The position numbers and the translations under genes were made by a program. From Uloborus diversus (lineage: Eukaryota), in contig NC_072731.1 of NCBI RefSeq assembly GCF_026930045.1, positions 137,946,156 to 138,010,155 on the forward strand: a stretch of 64,000 nt of DNA, written 5' to 3'. The notes beneath the pieces were generated by a model, which did not search any database, was not told the DNA's origin, and was given only the letters and a program-made list of their open reading frames with translations. Shown in pieces: positions 63,127 through 64,000 of the stretch. Positions within the stretch are counted from its first letter, which is position 1. Each line of letters starts with the position of its first letter.

Positions 63127-64000
63127 GTTAGCAGTTATATTATGTATGTTCGCAATAGTTTTACATTTAATATGTGAGAGTAAAATATTATACTTTTACT
63201 CAAAGAAACATAAGTGACTTTTTCGTATCTATCCAGGAAGTCCTTATTTTTTAGTTGAGAGATCCTAGATTTTCTAGTCAATCCAATTGGTGTGTCCCAA
63301 ATTTTCAGTTATAAAACGAATTTTTATAATTTGTTACAACTTGTTCACAGACATCCAAAGCGGCCAGTTTGAAAATTCTTTCAAAACCTACTGTAAAAGG
63401 TCAGACAAGGAATTGGAAGAAAAAAAGAAGCAAATTAAAGATAAGAAGCTTTCTCTTAACATCTCAGTTTCACCTTGAGTAATTATTTCATTATTCATCA
63501 CCAATTTTAGGAAGTTTCAAATTTTCAGTTTTTTAAAAACTTTTAAGTATTGGTGACTTTAATACTCCAAGACTCCAACTTAAAAAAAGAGTTTATAAAA
63601 ATTTACTTATGTTTTTGAAAAGTATGTCATTGATCTTGGTCAAGTAGTATTTTCCTTCAAATACCAGTCAATTCATTTTGGGAAAAAAAGGTACTTCTGT
63701 TTATTTATTTATTTTTTAGTTTACAAGTGATTGGATAAAATTGTTTTATTATATACAGTTTAATTCAAATTAAAATTAGACATTTATATGTTCAATAATA
63801 TTGATGTTCAATAGTACCAACTTATGAATTTTTCAAGAAATAGGGGGGAGGGTGATACGTGGCAGTTAACCTCGAGAGGTGGTCGACAAACCCATAAAGA
63901 TTGGGAATCATTATTCTGTATCAAATTAAATGCAGTGGCTCTTCGTCAGGTAGCAAAGATTAGGGATGGGTTAAGGGGAACTAGGATAAATAAAGAATTT

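Noticed and set aside
1-64000. Prokaryotic-style operon or defence-system interpretation, and a CRISPR array
   Set aside because: The sequence is clearly eukaryotic, with spliced genes that have GT-AG introns, LINEs, mariner and piggyBac elements. No direct-repeat and spacer array of CRISPR type is present. The periodic repeats are microsatellites and tandem satellites.

Overview
This window is AT-rich (about 30% GC) eukaryotic nuclear DNA from an invertebrate metazoan, not a prokaryotic locus. The taxon cannot be fixed from sequence alone. The central feature is a complete 14-coding-exon major vault protein (MVP) gene on the minus strand, from the stop codon at 10593 to the ATG at 53024. Every exon has canonical AG/GT boundaries and a phase consistent with its neighbours, apart from one apparent +1 frameshift inside exon 11. 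An apparent ROGDI-like gene starts about 300 bp upstream on the opposite strand at 54734, so the two genes look head-to-head with a shared bidirectional promoter. The long MVP introns and flanks carry many transposons. These are an apparently intact mariner with perfect 33-bp inverted repeats, a second near-intact mariner in the ROGDI intron, and a complete piggyBac-like element with TTAA duplications and a decayed transposase. There is also a 5'-truncated CR1/L2-like LINE split by a nested hAT-like element with an exact 8-bp duplication, a second hAT-like element with Ac-like ends, and two Tc1-like non-autonomous elements. Other repeats include several MITE families, two long near-perfect palindromes, a tRNA-Gly(CCC)-like Pol III head without an acceptor stem, a ~520-bp repeat present three times, and microsatellites. 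No CRISPR array, rRNA or functional tRNA was found. I translated and aligned everything by eye, so all family assignments need database confirmation.
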